From IMG/VR virus record IMGVR_UViG_3300027996_003878: a DNA stretch of 64,000 nt; one strand, 5' to 3'. A program made the position numbers and the translations under genes. The number at the start of each line of letters is the position of its first letter. Positions within the stretch are counted from its first letter, which is position 1. Positions 25,124-34,525 of the stretch are shown in pieces. The notes beneath the pieces were generated by a model that was given only the letters and a program-made list of their open reading frames with translations, was not told the origin of the DNA and ran no database searches. The DNA is from a virus (taxonomy: Duplodnaviria > Caudoviricetes).

Positions 25124-26836
25124 TTAGAAAGCTGGAGGTGAGGGAAGCTCAGACTCTCCTCCAGCTCCAGGAAGACCTGCGGCATTTGCCTCCTCTTCCT
25201 CGCCAGCAACGGGCTCAGTGATTTCATCTGAAGAAGAAATAGTGCGTAACTCATTTAAGGGCATCTTTGAAAGAACAAGCTTCTCTCTAGCCAAAATTGC
25301 CTCTTGAATAGATTCATCCTTCATTTTTCTTTGCTCATCCTCCCAGTCCAATCCCAAAGACCGATAAAGGGTTTGAATTGAAACTCTTCGAGGTTCGCCT
25401 GTTAAATTTTGAAGAACATTTATGTAGTCACCCAAATCAAATAACGACATGTGGTTCCATTCTACCTTTGGAACAATCAATATCTTTTTGCCATCTTTGT
25501 ATTCATAAAAGTCATTTATTTTAGAAATAGGCGCAAATATTTTACGTCGCAGCCATGAGCTTATCATATTCCTAAATTGCATGTATCGCTGCCTTAAGAC
25601 ATCTAAGGCAACGCCTCCATTTGCATACGTAACATCAGAGCCGCCATCCATCACAACAGAAGGAACCATCAGCCCTGTATAAATCTCTTTCAAAAGCTGC
25701 TGAACATCACCATTAATATCAATTATAGATCCTGATGCTCCAACTCTATCAATCTGAACGGCTTCATGAGTAAATATTTTAAAGTCTTTATCATACTGAG
25801 CTTGCTCAAACACCTGCCTCCAAGCCTCAAGGTCTGTTGGGCTGGGTTTATAAGAATCATTACCAACTTTAACCACAGTCAGTGGATTGATTAAATTCGC
25901 AGCTTGAGCAAACTTAGACTCCCTAAGTTGATCAAAAAGCATTAAAGTTCTGAATGAAGATACAATCAACCCCGTCCCTCGAACCTCATAAGGGCTAATC
26001 CTTCGAGCTATATGAGAACAATAAAAATTACTTAGAGGGATATTTTCACCACGTCGCACATGCTCAATAATACTACTATCAAGACGCTGACGCTGTTGAA
26101 TGTCAGAAGGTCTATTGGAATTCACAATTCTTCTTAAATTCTCATCAGGCCTTAAACTTATGATAGGCTCGCCCGCAACAACGGAGTGTTTCACCACTAT
26201 ATAGTCAGGATTTTGAATGGTGAGCCGGCTCCACTTACCCATACCTTCATTTAATTCTGCATAAACAAAAGCCTCACCTAAAACCCAATACTCTTGAGCT
26301 ATTTGAGTGCAAACATTTACAAGATTTAATTCATCATTCATTTCTTGAAAGAATCTTTGAACCTTTTCATTCTTACAAGTAATATTTAATTTAGAAATAG
26401 GATAAGTAGAGTGCAAAGAGATAGCATTCTGCACAATCGGATTCAAAGCAAAAAAAGCTCTACTCCAAGCATTTATAGTAGCACGATCTCTGGGCAGGTT
26501 GAGATTGCTAGTCAACCAAAGGGGGCTGTAAATTTCTGGTATTTGCCTTACAGTGCCACCAGAACCCCTCCAGCCGCCACCTCCAGAATTCGCAGCTCCA
26601 TCATCGGCATTTTTACGAAACGCCCTCATATTTGAGATAACGTTCCCAGCATCAGTAGAAGCAAACTTATCAATCATATAACCCGAGCCGCCTTTATGCT
26701 CTCGAAAATGACCCGCCGAAACTTCCTCTTCCAAAACACCTCTTCGATATTGACTAACCGATTTAGCCATATGTGGCGATACTATTGAAGGAAGCTTGCG
26801 CTCATTTAAAAATTTTTCAGAATTTGTCTCAGCCAT
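25124..26836 (-). CDS. Portal protein
   Basis: 570 aa. R.FF...P.V..AI.LH..YP, EY..LGEAF, W..L.I.NPD, YE.RG..L, YANG.VAL..L.QRY..FR..I..WL..KIF: typical large-phage portal pattern. Lies downstream of the terminase. Confidence 0.82.
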   Translation of the reverse strand: MAETNSEKFLNERKLPSIVSPHMAKSVSQYRRGVLEEEVSAGHFREHKGGSGYMIDKFASTDAGNVISNMRAFRKNADDGAANSGGGGWRGSGGTVRQIPEIYSPLWLTSNLNLPRDRATINAWSRAFFALNPIVQNAISLHSTYPISKLNITCKNEKVQRFFQEMNDELNLVNVCTQIAQEYWVLGEAFVYAELNEGMGKWSRLTIQNPDYIVVKHSVVAGEPIISLRPDENLRRIVNSNRPSDIQQRQRLDSSIIEHVRRGENIPLSNFYCSHIARRISPYEVRGTGLIVSSFRTLMLFDQLRESKFAQAANLINPLTVVKVGNDSYKPSPTDLEAWRQVFEQAQYDKDFKIFTHEAVQIDRVGASGSIIDINGDVQQLLKEIYTGLMVPSVVMDGGSDVTYANGGVALDVLRQRYMQFRNMISSWLRRKIFAPISKINDFYEYKDGKKILIVPKVEWNHMSLFDLGDYINVLQNLTGEPRRVSIQTLYRSLGLDWEDEQRKMKDESIQEAILAREKLVLSKMPLNELRTISSSDEITEPVAGEEEEANAAGLPGAGGESELPSPPAF

Positions 26837-27078
26837 ACTGCCCTTGAACTACCTATATATCTAACCGAAAATATTGACTCTAATTATAGAAACAAAACAA
26901 AATTTGAACCTCGACGCTAAACTGAATCAATCAATAAAAAATATATCATGAACGCCAAGACTATTAATTATAAGGTATATTATGGTAAATTGAAAATTAA
27001 AAAAGGGGCTTTAGATGTAGATAAATCTAAGGAAAAAATAAACCGCATATTAATTGTTTTTTAAACCCAAAAAAATAT

Positions 27079-28371
27079 ATGAAAAAAACTTATATACTAG
27101 ACACTTCAATTATTATAAATGACCCAAATTGCTTAAATAGCCTCAAAGGAAATCAAATTGTTATACCAATAGATGTACTTAACGAGCTGGACAAACTTAA
27201 AACCTTTCAAGATCAAGTGGCAAAAAACGCCAGATTATTTATCCGTAAACTAGACGAATTAATAAAATTAAATCAAAGTAATAATTTAAAAATAGATGAA
27301 GATACATCATTAGAAATTGATACAGAAAAATACAATAACAAATTTGAAGATGAGGACATAATAGATAATAAGATTATATCTTGTGCATTTTATCAAAATT
27401 TAAAAAAAGAAAATGTAATATTACTTTCAAATGACATCAATTTAAGAGTTAGAGCTACCGCGTTTAAAATTAAATCAGAGGGATACAAGAAAAAAAGTAA
27501 TAACGCGACTGATTTATATAAGGGACACAGAGTTATACAAGACGACGAGCTTGGTAAAATATTATGTGAAGAAAAATACTTAACCATTTCAGATTATGAA
27601 GATCTAGAATCACTTAACCCTAATGAATTTGTGAATTTCGAAACATCAAGCGGTAATGGCATTTGCATCGGAAGAAGAATAGAGGATGCGCTTTGTATGA
27701 GAAAGCCGTCAGTCCTATGGGGGCTAAAGTCCAAAAATAGAGAGCAGGCATACGCTACTGATTTGCTTATGGATCCATCAATTCCATTAGTTACACTTAC
27801 GGGTAAAGCCGGAACTGGAAAGACAGTACTAACTGTAGCAGCTGGTCTCGATTCGGTCATAAATAAAAAAGCTTACAATCAATTGATTGTCTATAAGCCC
27901 ATGGAACCTGTCGGCAGAGAGGTAGGATACCTGCCAGGCAATTTGGAAGAAAAATTAGACCCTTGGGCTGAAGCATTAAAAGACAGTTTAAACTTTTTAA
28001 CATCCTCCGGCAATGGAAGCGGCAGAAAAAGCAGCTGGAAAGACAAGTTAAGCCAATACACCGATCAAATTACATTCGAAGCTCTTACATACATTAGAGG
28101 GCGAAGCATTACTAATGCTTACATAATTATTGATGAATGCCAAAACACAACAAAAGAGCAGATTAAGACTGTTTTAACAAGAGTTGGAATGAATTCAAAA
28201 ATAGTACTACTAGGGGATATTGATCAAATAGACCACAGCTATCTTGACGCTGTTAATAACGGTTTGACTTACACCATAGAAGCGTTTAAAGATTCAAATT
28301 TATCGGGGCATGTGACGCTTGAAAGGGGTGAAAGAAGCGATTTGGCCACAGAAGCAGCATTAAGATTATAA
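27079..28371 (+). CDS. phoH: PIN domain-PhoH ATPase fusion (PhoH2-like)
   Basis: N-terminal YILDTS...ELD...D..I...SNDINLR PIN; GKAGTGKT Walker A, RGRS, IIDECQN, GD..QID. Confidence 0.9.
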   Translation: MKKTYILDTSIIINDPNCLNSLKGNQIVIPIDVLNELDKLKTFQDQVAKNARLFIRKLDELIKLNQSNNLKIDEDTSLEIDTEKYNNKFEDEDIIDNKIISCAFYQNLKKENVILLSNDINLRVRATAFKIKSEGYKKKSNNATDLYKGHRVIQDDELGKILCEEKYLTISDYEDLESLNPNEFVNFETSSGNGICIGRRIEDALCMRKPSVLWGLKSKNREQAYATDLLMDPSIPLVTLTGKAGTGKTVLTVAAGLDSVINKKAYNQLIVYKPMEPVGREVGYLPGNLEEKLDPWAEALKDSLNFLTSSGNGSGRKSSWKDKLSQYTDQITFEALTYIRGRSITNAYIIIDECQNTTKEQIKTVLTRVGMNSKIVLLGDIDQIDHSYLDAVNNGLTYTIEAFKDSNLSGHVTLERGERSDLATEAALRL

Positions 28372-28402
28372 AAAAAAGCCCAGAATAATCTGGGCTTTTT
28401 TT
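28371..28402. terminator. Bidirectional terminator between convergent phoH and 28413..29381
   Basis: aaaaaaagcccaga-ataa-tctgggcttttttt. Confidence 0.9.
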
Positions 28403-28412
28403 AGTGACTATA

Positions 28413-29381
28413 TCAAAGACCTACGGCTGCTGGATCTCTTACGATTTCAGGTAAGTCTACGTCTGCCTTTAATGATTTTTCCAATTCAGTCACAACTTGA
28501 TTTAAATCTTTAAAAGATTTCGATTGAGCGGGTTGAAAGCCCGAATTAGGGCCACTTAATCTTGCAACTTTTCTTAACCACTCTTGAACTTCCAGAGCCA
28601 TTAGATAGTTATGAATATTCTTAGAAATATCATTATAAGTTTTGCTTATATATGAATACAGCTTTTCAGCAGCCTTTAAGGCATTCTGCGGTGTGGGATT
28701 CCTTTCAAAATCAGCCTTTGCATTTTGATAATCTGAATTTTGACTCTTCCAACTAGCAAATTCACGCTTCGCTTTCTTAAGCTTCTCTTCTTTGCTTAGC
28801 TCAACTCCCTCTGGCTTGGCTGCTTCTTCAAGCATTCTCGTTAATTTGCCAACCTGAGAATCAAGGGCAGCACCACTCGGCTTTTGATCTACTCTAACTA
28901 CAACAGGCGCAATCTGATGACCAGAACCACCTTCAATGGCCTTTTGCAATTCTTTCACACTGCCTGTCAATTTTCTCAATTTTTCTAATTCATCTTCAGT
29001 ATCATAAGCATCATCTGCCAAATCTTTATCCGGGACATCCAATTTCATCCCTGGATAATATATGCCAAACAATTTTACAAAATCGGAAATGGCTTTTTGC
29101 GTAGCAGGCCCCCACTTACCGTCTTCTACAATCATATCAAGATCACTATCTAAACCGCTAGCAAGGCGATCTTTTACTCTCTTTAGAGCATTAAATGCAC
29201 GTTGAAAATCATAAACATCTCCAAAAGTATATTGTTGCGAAAAAGACCTTAACTCAAACTTTCTAGCAACCTTACTCAATCTGCTTGGAGCGCTTAAGGA
29301 GGCTTTATCTCGACGCCTGCCCTGCTTAAACTCAGCATTATAAATGCTAGCTAATTTTGAAATATCATTTACCAAACTCAT
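28413..29381 (-). CDS. Putative virion protein with a peptidoglycan-binding domain
   Basis: IVEDGKWGPATQKAISDF PG_binding_1-like motif; three K-x-A sites. Confidence 0.65.
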   Translation of the reverse strand: MSLVNDISKLASIYNAEFKQGRRRDKASLSAPSRLSKVARKFELRSFSQQYTFGDVYDFQRAFNALKRVKDRLASGLDSDLDMIVEDGKWGPATQKAISDFVKLFGIYYPGMKLDVPDKDLADDAYDTEDELEKLRKLTGSVKELQKAIEGGSGHQIAPVVVRVDQKPSGAALDSQVGKLTRMLEEAAKPEGVELSKEEKLKKAKREFASWKSQNSDYQNAKADFERNPTPQNALKAAEKLYSYISKTYNDISKNIHNYLMALEVQEWLRKVARLSGPNSGFQPAQSKSFKDLNQVVTELEKSLKADVDLPEIVRDPAAVGL

Positions 29382-29443
29382 TGCAATACCTTTGTTAAAA
29401 ATAAAAGCTATAGAATTACAAATTTATACTTAATTATAACCAT

Positions 29444-31345
29444 CTATCTCTTAACTGCCTCCATGCCTGGGACATAACCTACAACAACAGGCAATGAACT
29501 CTTACTTTTAGCATTTTCATTGATTAAATTAGGATTGTGAATTGAAAACGCATTTGTTATATCAAACTTATAAGCTAAATAGGCATTCAACATAGCCATA
29601 AATCCATCATTTGGAGTTGATCCTTTTACGTAACGAATGCCAGTATACCCAGCTCGATCAACTTTGGGCTTAATCTCCATAGAGCAACAATGCTGAACTA
29701 GCCACCCGACCTTTTCATAATCTCCAAATGGAAATCTTATCTTTCCTTGCTTCATTAAATCATAAAGCTCTGCAATGTAATAATCTCTCTCAAACATAAT
29801 AGTACTTGGAAAGAAATCTGTCTTATATTTTATATGGCCATTTAGCCTAGATACAGCCTGGCTCCCTAAAAACTTCTCGCCAAACTCACGCTGCAACACT
29901 TCAGTAAGGTCATTGGCAAAGCCAATATCTCCCACCCCCAAAGTAACGCTATATTGCCGATAAATTTGCTCAACAATAGCCCTTTTACTTTCAAAATCAT
30001 TTTTCTTTAACCTTGTTGCAAAGTCTATTGATAAAATATGAGGGCCATCTGCCACTAAAATGACTGCACAACTATATGATTGACCTTGTTGAGATCTTTT
30101 TCCGCCAGCTCCAGTATCAATATCAACCTTTTGACCCCAGTCGCAACCTAAATAAACTTTTTTATTCTCATTGTAGGATATACTGGCTCTAAATTTCCTT
30201 TCACGATCTGCGCAATGCTGATCTATTTGCTCTGGCGTAATCGGAGAGGCATCGCCTGAAAAAAACTCACCCAAAACCTCGTTTTGATAAGCCCTTTCCG
30301 TATTGATAGGATGATTTTCAGGCTTTTCAGACAGAATTTTTTCTTTTGTAAACTCTGGCATATATAATTGGTTTATATGATAACCAACAAATGAAGCATC
30401 TGGATTATCATTAAAAGCAATCCACTTACCTCGCTCTGCCGCCTGCCTTTTATCTTGCTCATGACCGCAGTGGGTGCATTTTACAATAAAACCATGCAGC
30501 CAAATTTTCTCCCAATCACTTCCAGGGCCATACAAAGGAAATGTTTCCTTGCAGCTCTCGCACCCCAAATGAAAATATTGTTGAGAAGAGGCGTTCCATA
30601 TGTTCCAATACTCTGACCCTCTTTGTTTAGGCGTTCCAAAATAAACCTGGATACCCTCGCCAACCCTGCCATACTGAGCTTTTGCTAATGTCTTAGTTGC
30701 ATTGCCTAATGCCTCGCCCTTCATGTCCTGAACTTCGTCAAAAAACAAAACATCAACAGTTCTACCGCGCAATCTGTCCCCATTTAATCCGGTTGACTCA
30801 ATCCATATATGATTACCACCTGCAAACTGTTTGAATTGCAAAGAATCATTTGATGAAGTGGATGTATCTAACTTGGCTTGCAAGAATGTTTTATTTCCGA
30901 AGTTAGATTTAGAATTATTATAGTCTTTATAAGGCATTGCGCTAGCAATCATAGAATTTAACTTAACCTTAGTATAGGCATAAGCTAATTCTAATTGAGG
31001 AAAGCAATGCATAATTCGAATCGGAGGCCGATTCGATGCGCCAAAAGAGCCTGACGCAACAAAAAACAATTCAAGCGCAGCTGCCATTGTAGTTGCGCCA
31101 ACCTGGCGTCCTTTAACAAGGACTACAGGTTTCGAATCTTTTTCTAAAGATTTTAAACCAATGTATCTATAGATATCAGCAAACGGCTTATAGCCATTAC
31201 CATTTAGTCTAAAAGGGCGGCCATCTAATGTTAAATATTTTTCACAAAAAGCAACAGGATCAATTGCTAACAGATTTTCTTTAATCTGAGAAAACAGATC
31301 TTCCTTGCTGCCCTTTTTTATCTTAGAGGCGGCATCTCTTTTCAT
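29444..31345 (-). CDS. terL: Terminase large subunit (GpA-like, with zinc ribbon)
   Basis: KGRQVGATT Walker A, LRG.TVD.LFFDEVQD Walker B, GTPK coupling motif, CESC/CTHC ribbon, nuclease LGCDWG and PNDGFMA. Confidence 0.88.
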   Translation of the reverse strand: MKRDAASKIKKGSKEDLFSQIKENLLAIDPVAFCEKYLTLDGRPFRLNGNGYKPFADIYRYIGLKSLEKDSKPVVLVKGRQVGATTMAAALELFFVASGSFGASNRPPIRIMHCFPQLELAYAYTKVKLNSMIASAMPYKDYNNSKSNFGNKTFLQAKLDTSTSSNDSLQFKQFAGGNHIWIESTGLNGDRLRGRTVDVLFFDEVQDMKGEALGNATKTLAKAQYGRVGEGIQVYFGTPKQRGSEYWNIWNASSQQYFHLGCESCKETFPLYGPGSDWEKIWLHGFIVKCTHCGHEQDKRQAAERGKWIAFNDNPDASFVGYHINQLYMPEFTKEKILSEKPENHPINTERAYQNEVLGEFFSGDASPITPEQIDQHCADRERKFRASISYNENKKVYLGCDWGQKVDIDTGAGGKRSQQGQSYSCAVILVADGPHILSIDFATRLKKNDFESKRAIVEQIYRQYSVTLGVGDIGFANDLTEVLQREFGEKFLGSQAVSRLNGHIKYKTDFFPSTIMFERDYYIAELYDLMKQGKIRFPFGDYEKVGWLVQHCCSMEIKPKVDRAGYTGIRYVKGSTPNDGFMAMLNAYLAYKFDITNAFSIHNPNLINENAKSKSSLPVVVGYVPGMEAVKR

Positions 31346-31356
31346 ATTAATCTTTC

Positions 31357-32013
31357 TTACATTTTATTTGGCATAAACTGCTTTAAAAAGTCTGTATTAT
31401 CTGCATCTGGATGCAAATCTAAACCAACACCTCTACCCAAATGATGATTAACTGATTGCTGACTTGTATTGCTGACAATGGATGAAATAATATCGCTTAT
31501 TAGCTTTGCAGCGTCATCATTATTTACGTGCTCAGGACTGCACTCCCTTGCAAACATATCTAAAATTTCACATTGAACAGCGGGCACTGCAATGTGGCCG
31601 TTGTGAGTATTCACCAGATTTTTTACAAATGCAATAACTCGCTCTTTAATATTATCGTCATCGCTAAACACGCATGCCACAAACGCTTTTTTTGAATTAT
31701 CAGCTTCTTTGTATCTTTGATTCGACTCAGAGTTCACTCTTTTTAAATACTCTGACAATCCCGTCCTGCGGTGCAAGTCCTCCACCGCCCCTTGTACGCT
31801 CGAAAAAACAGGACGACCGCTAACAATAGAAGATATTTGATCATAAATAGATTTATCAGAGGATGATCGCTGGCGAGCAACCTCTACCGCCGTAACAGCT
31901 GCCGGATCTGCAAGCTTATTTAGTCGATCAGCAAAATCATCTAACCAATCAACACGTTTACTAGACTCACGATCAATATAATGATTATTAGAGATTTTAA
32001 ATATTTTACTCAT
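31357..32013 (-). CDS. Hypothetical head-region protein
   Basis: 218 aa, co-oriented ORF. Confidence 0.75.
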   Translation of the reverse strand: MSKIFKISNNHYIDRESSKRVDWLDDFADRLNKLADPAAVTAVEVARQRSSSDKSIYDQISSIVSGRPVFSSVQGAVEDLHRRTGLSEYLKRVNSESNQRYKEADNSKKAFVACVFSDDDNIKERVIAFVKNLVNTHNGHIAVPAVQCEILDMFARECSPEHVNNDDAAKLISDIISSIVSNTSQQSVNHHLGRGVGLDLHPDADNTDFLKQFMPNKM

Positions 32014-32019
32014 AATAGA

Positions 32020-32859
32020 TTAACCCGGATAGTTAGCCACAAAATCAAAATTATCAGTTGAAGCTGTATCAACCTCTTCTCGCCCTTTACCTCGGTCCCA
32101 CCGCATGGCATAACCCATATCACTGAGCAGCTGCATGATGGAGGCCTGCTCCCGACCTGTTAGCTCATATTTATCGCACATATGATCAAACGTATCTTCA
32201 ATGTCTTTACCAGAGCTAACCATTGAGTTTATACACGTCCGCGCCACATATGACTCAAACATGGGCACACAAACAACAAATGAAGCGGCCTTTGCCTTTT
32301 TAACCATACCATCAGCAGCTTCAGATTTTTTTCTCTTTTTACGGTGAGGGTATTTGTTATCGCGAATCTTGGTCAAATGCTCTTCAAGCCTTTTTATTCC
32401 ATCTTGGATTTCATCACGCGCTAGCTCAACCGCATCAATGACAATATTATTATCTAAATCCATTCTTACTGCTTTGGATATTTCCGAATCAAGTTTTTCA
32501 AGATAAGCAATTGCCCTCTCACAGCCAGAGGTCTCTTTACCCGTATGACTGGGTATTGAGCTTAATTTATCCCTTAACCAATCTAAAAAGTTGATTACCG
32601 TCCATTTCCAAGGGTCATCCTCAACCTCAACTTCCTCATCTTCAACGATGAGGCTGCCTGGTTCGTACTCTCCATCACTTCCAGGAATAGAGCCTAACAT
32701 TTCAGATAAATTACCTCGCACGTCCTCTTCCTCTACCTCCAAATCACCGTTATCATGAACATAAAATGACTCATTAGAATCGGGAGAATCCACGTACATC
32801 AAATCCTGAGCTATTAAACTTTTGAATTTATTATTTTTTGAAGATTTACTAATAGACAT
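32020..32859 (-). CDS. Hypothetical head-region protein
   Basis: 279 aa, acidic N-terminus, MVKKAKA site. Confidence 0.75.
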   Translation of the reverse strand: MSISKSSKNNKFKSLIAQDLMYVDSPDSNESFYVHDNGDLEVEEEDVRGNLSEMLGSIPGSDGEYEPGSLIVEDEEVEVEDDPWKWTVINFLDWLRDKLSSIPSHTGKETSGCERAIAYLEKLDSEISKAVRMDLDNNIVIDAVELARDEIQDGIKRLEEHLTKIRDNKYPHRKKRKKSEAADGMVKKAKAASFVVCVPMFESYVARTCINSMVSSGKDIEDTFDHMCDKYELTGREQASIMQLLSDMGYAMRWDRGKGREEVDTASTDNFDFVANYPG

Positions 32860-32941
32860 AAAATAACCCTGACAATAAGAACTATATTCGATTATATTAC
32901 TTTTTATGCAATGATTTTTACTTGCAATAACGCGATACTAT

Positions 32942-33469
32942 CTAATCGGAGCCGTCTTTTTTTATTTTATTTACATCTTCCTCTGATATTTTCGTTAACT
33001 CATCACGATCATCTGATCCTTCTAAACCAAACAATCCATAATATCTATGCCTGCTCTTACCGCTATCCGAATAATAACCCAACGGATAACTAAAAAGACC
33101 ATCAACCCCTATGCCAGAGAAAAACCTCGGATAATAAGCCGAACCCCTTAATGAGCCCTTTTCATGCACTCCGGCGGCAACAGAGCCCCAATTGCACTCA
33201 ACAATATCTTTATTTGACTCTATCAAATTGCCAGCAAATTTACATATTTCATTTGGACTGTTATAGATAAGCAAATGAACATTTGCCGAGGCAATCATAT
33301 CTTTCTCCCAATCAGACACATCTTTTCCTAAGATAGCAAGAGGCGCCATTTTATCGACAAGTCTTCCCGCCGTTTTACATGCATGAGAAATGGGCAAACC
33401 AAAAGGACAGGGATTATCATTGTCATCCCTAAGCACGGCCAGCCTAACTATAGTTTTATCTTTGGGCAT
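32942..33469 (-). CDS. Cys-rich hypothetical protein
   Basis: CPFGLPISHAC...CKFA...ECNW; 175 aa. Confidence 0.7.
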   Translation of the reverse strand: MPKDKTIVRLAVLRDDNDNPCPFGLPISHACKTAGRLVDKMAPLAILGKDVSDWEKDMIASANVHLLIYNSPNEICKFAGNLIESNKDIVECNWGSVAAGVHEKGSLRGSAYYPRFFSGIGVDGLFSYPLGYYSDSGKSRHRYYGLFGLEGSDDRDELTKISEEDVNKIKKDGSD

Positions 33470-33531
33470 TTTAACTCGTCAAATTTGCGGCATTTTATCT
33501 ACATCATCACTAACGATATAATAGATAAAAC

Positions 33532-33762
33532 TTAAAGCTTTTTTTCGCTTCTTCCGCTTTTTTCTGTTTTTTTTCGCTTTTTTCTTTTTTCGCTAAGAAA
33601 GTCAGCTACACTTTTATATTTATCCATTGGCCCTGAATACAAGCCTGGTCCGGGAGTGGCTCCTGTAGGATCTTCGTGTTGAGTGTAGTCATAGTTTCTA
33701 AAAAAAACTTCAGGCCTAACGTCTAAATCAACACGCTCATTTCCCTTTTTTGCCCGCTTCAT
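33532..33762 (-). CDS. Small basic hypothetical protein (76 aa)
   Basis: ATGA overlap with the upstream nucleotidyltransferase stop. Confidence 0.65.
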   Translation of the reverse strand: MKRAKKGNERVDLDVRPEVFFRNYDYTQHEDPTGATPGPGLYSGPMDKYKSVADFLSEKRKKRKKTEKSGRSEKKL

Positions 33763-34520
33763 TGTTTCCTTGCCAAGTTCTGAGCCATACCCTTATAAAG
33801 ACTTGGAAGGGCCGGTATATAGTCCCAAAGATTCATTTCATTAATCAAATGAATGACTTTTTCTTTGTCATATTTTATTGATTTGTTGAGAACCTTTACA
33901 AGGTATCTAACCTTAACTCCATCAGCTATTCGTTCTGGATTAGCTCTAACCCAATCAATAATCCTATCATCAACATCAAAATCTAATTTTGCTGCAATAT
34001 AAATAACTCTAACAATTCTTTTATGCTGACTTCCTAATGTGATTTCTGGAGTAAGATTTGTTCTCACAATACGATCTTCTATATCTCTTAATCCTCGTCC
34101 AAGCGGATCTAGTATATTTTTAAGATCCATAGTCATCAAAAGAGAATTAACAGTAAAATCTCTACTATACAGCTCACGAAGCATGTCTGTAGGATTTTTT
34201 ATATTTAACTGCATTAAATAATAATTTATACCAGGCACTTTAAAGTTACTGGAAAAGTCTAACTTCAAATTGGCTAACTTCATCTGCGAATGACCATCAG
34301 GCATTACCTTGTAACTGCTCACAAAAGGCCAATAACGTTCATTTATTAATTCTGACAGTCGAATGACATCTTTATCACCCGTTGTAATATCAACATCGGT
34401 GAAATCATTAAATCTTTTCAACACTCTATCACGCGGAAGGCCTCCACAAACGTAAGGAGCTGATAAGCCGTTTTCAGAGGCTATATCTTCAATAGATTTC
34501 AACAACGAGCTAATTTTCAT
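33759..34520 (-). CDS. Class II tRNA nucleotidyltransferase / poly(A) polymerase family protein (short, atypical)
   Basis: CGGLPRD, DVD catalytic pair, SRDFTVNSL, ILDPLGRGLRDI. The canonical EDxxR motif is replaced by SQHKR. Confidence 0.8.
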   Translation of the reverse strand: MKISSLLKSIEDIASENGLSAPYVCGGLPRDRVLKRFNDFTDVDITTGDKDVIRLSELINERYWPFVSSYKVMPDGHSQMKLANLKLDFSSNFKVPGINYYLMQLNIKNPTDMLRELYSRDFTVNSLLMTMDLKNILDPLGRGLRDIEDRIVRTNLTPEITLGSQHKRIVRVIYIAAKLDFDVDDRIIDWVRANPERIADGVKVRYLVKVLNKSIKYDKEKVIHLINEMNLWDYIPALPSLYKGMAQNLARKQ

Positions 34521-34525
34521 ACAAA

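Noticed and set aside
26837-27078. Sigma70 promoters in the divergent portal/phoH gap
   Set aside because: TTGACT and TTGAAA hexamers have no good -10 at 16-18 nt, and the region is too AT-rich to call.
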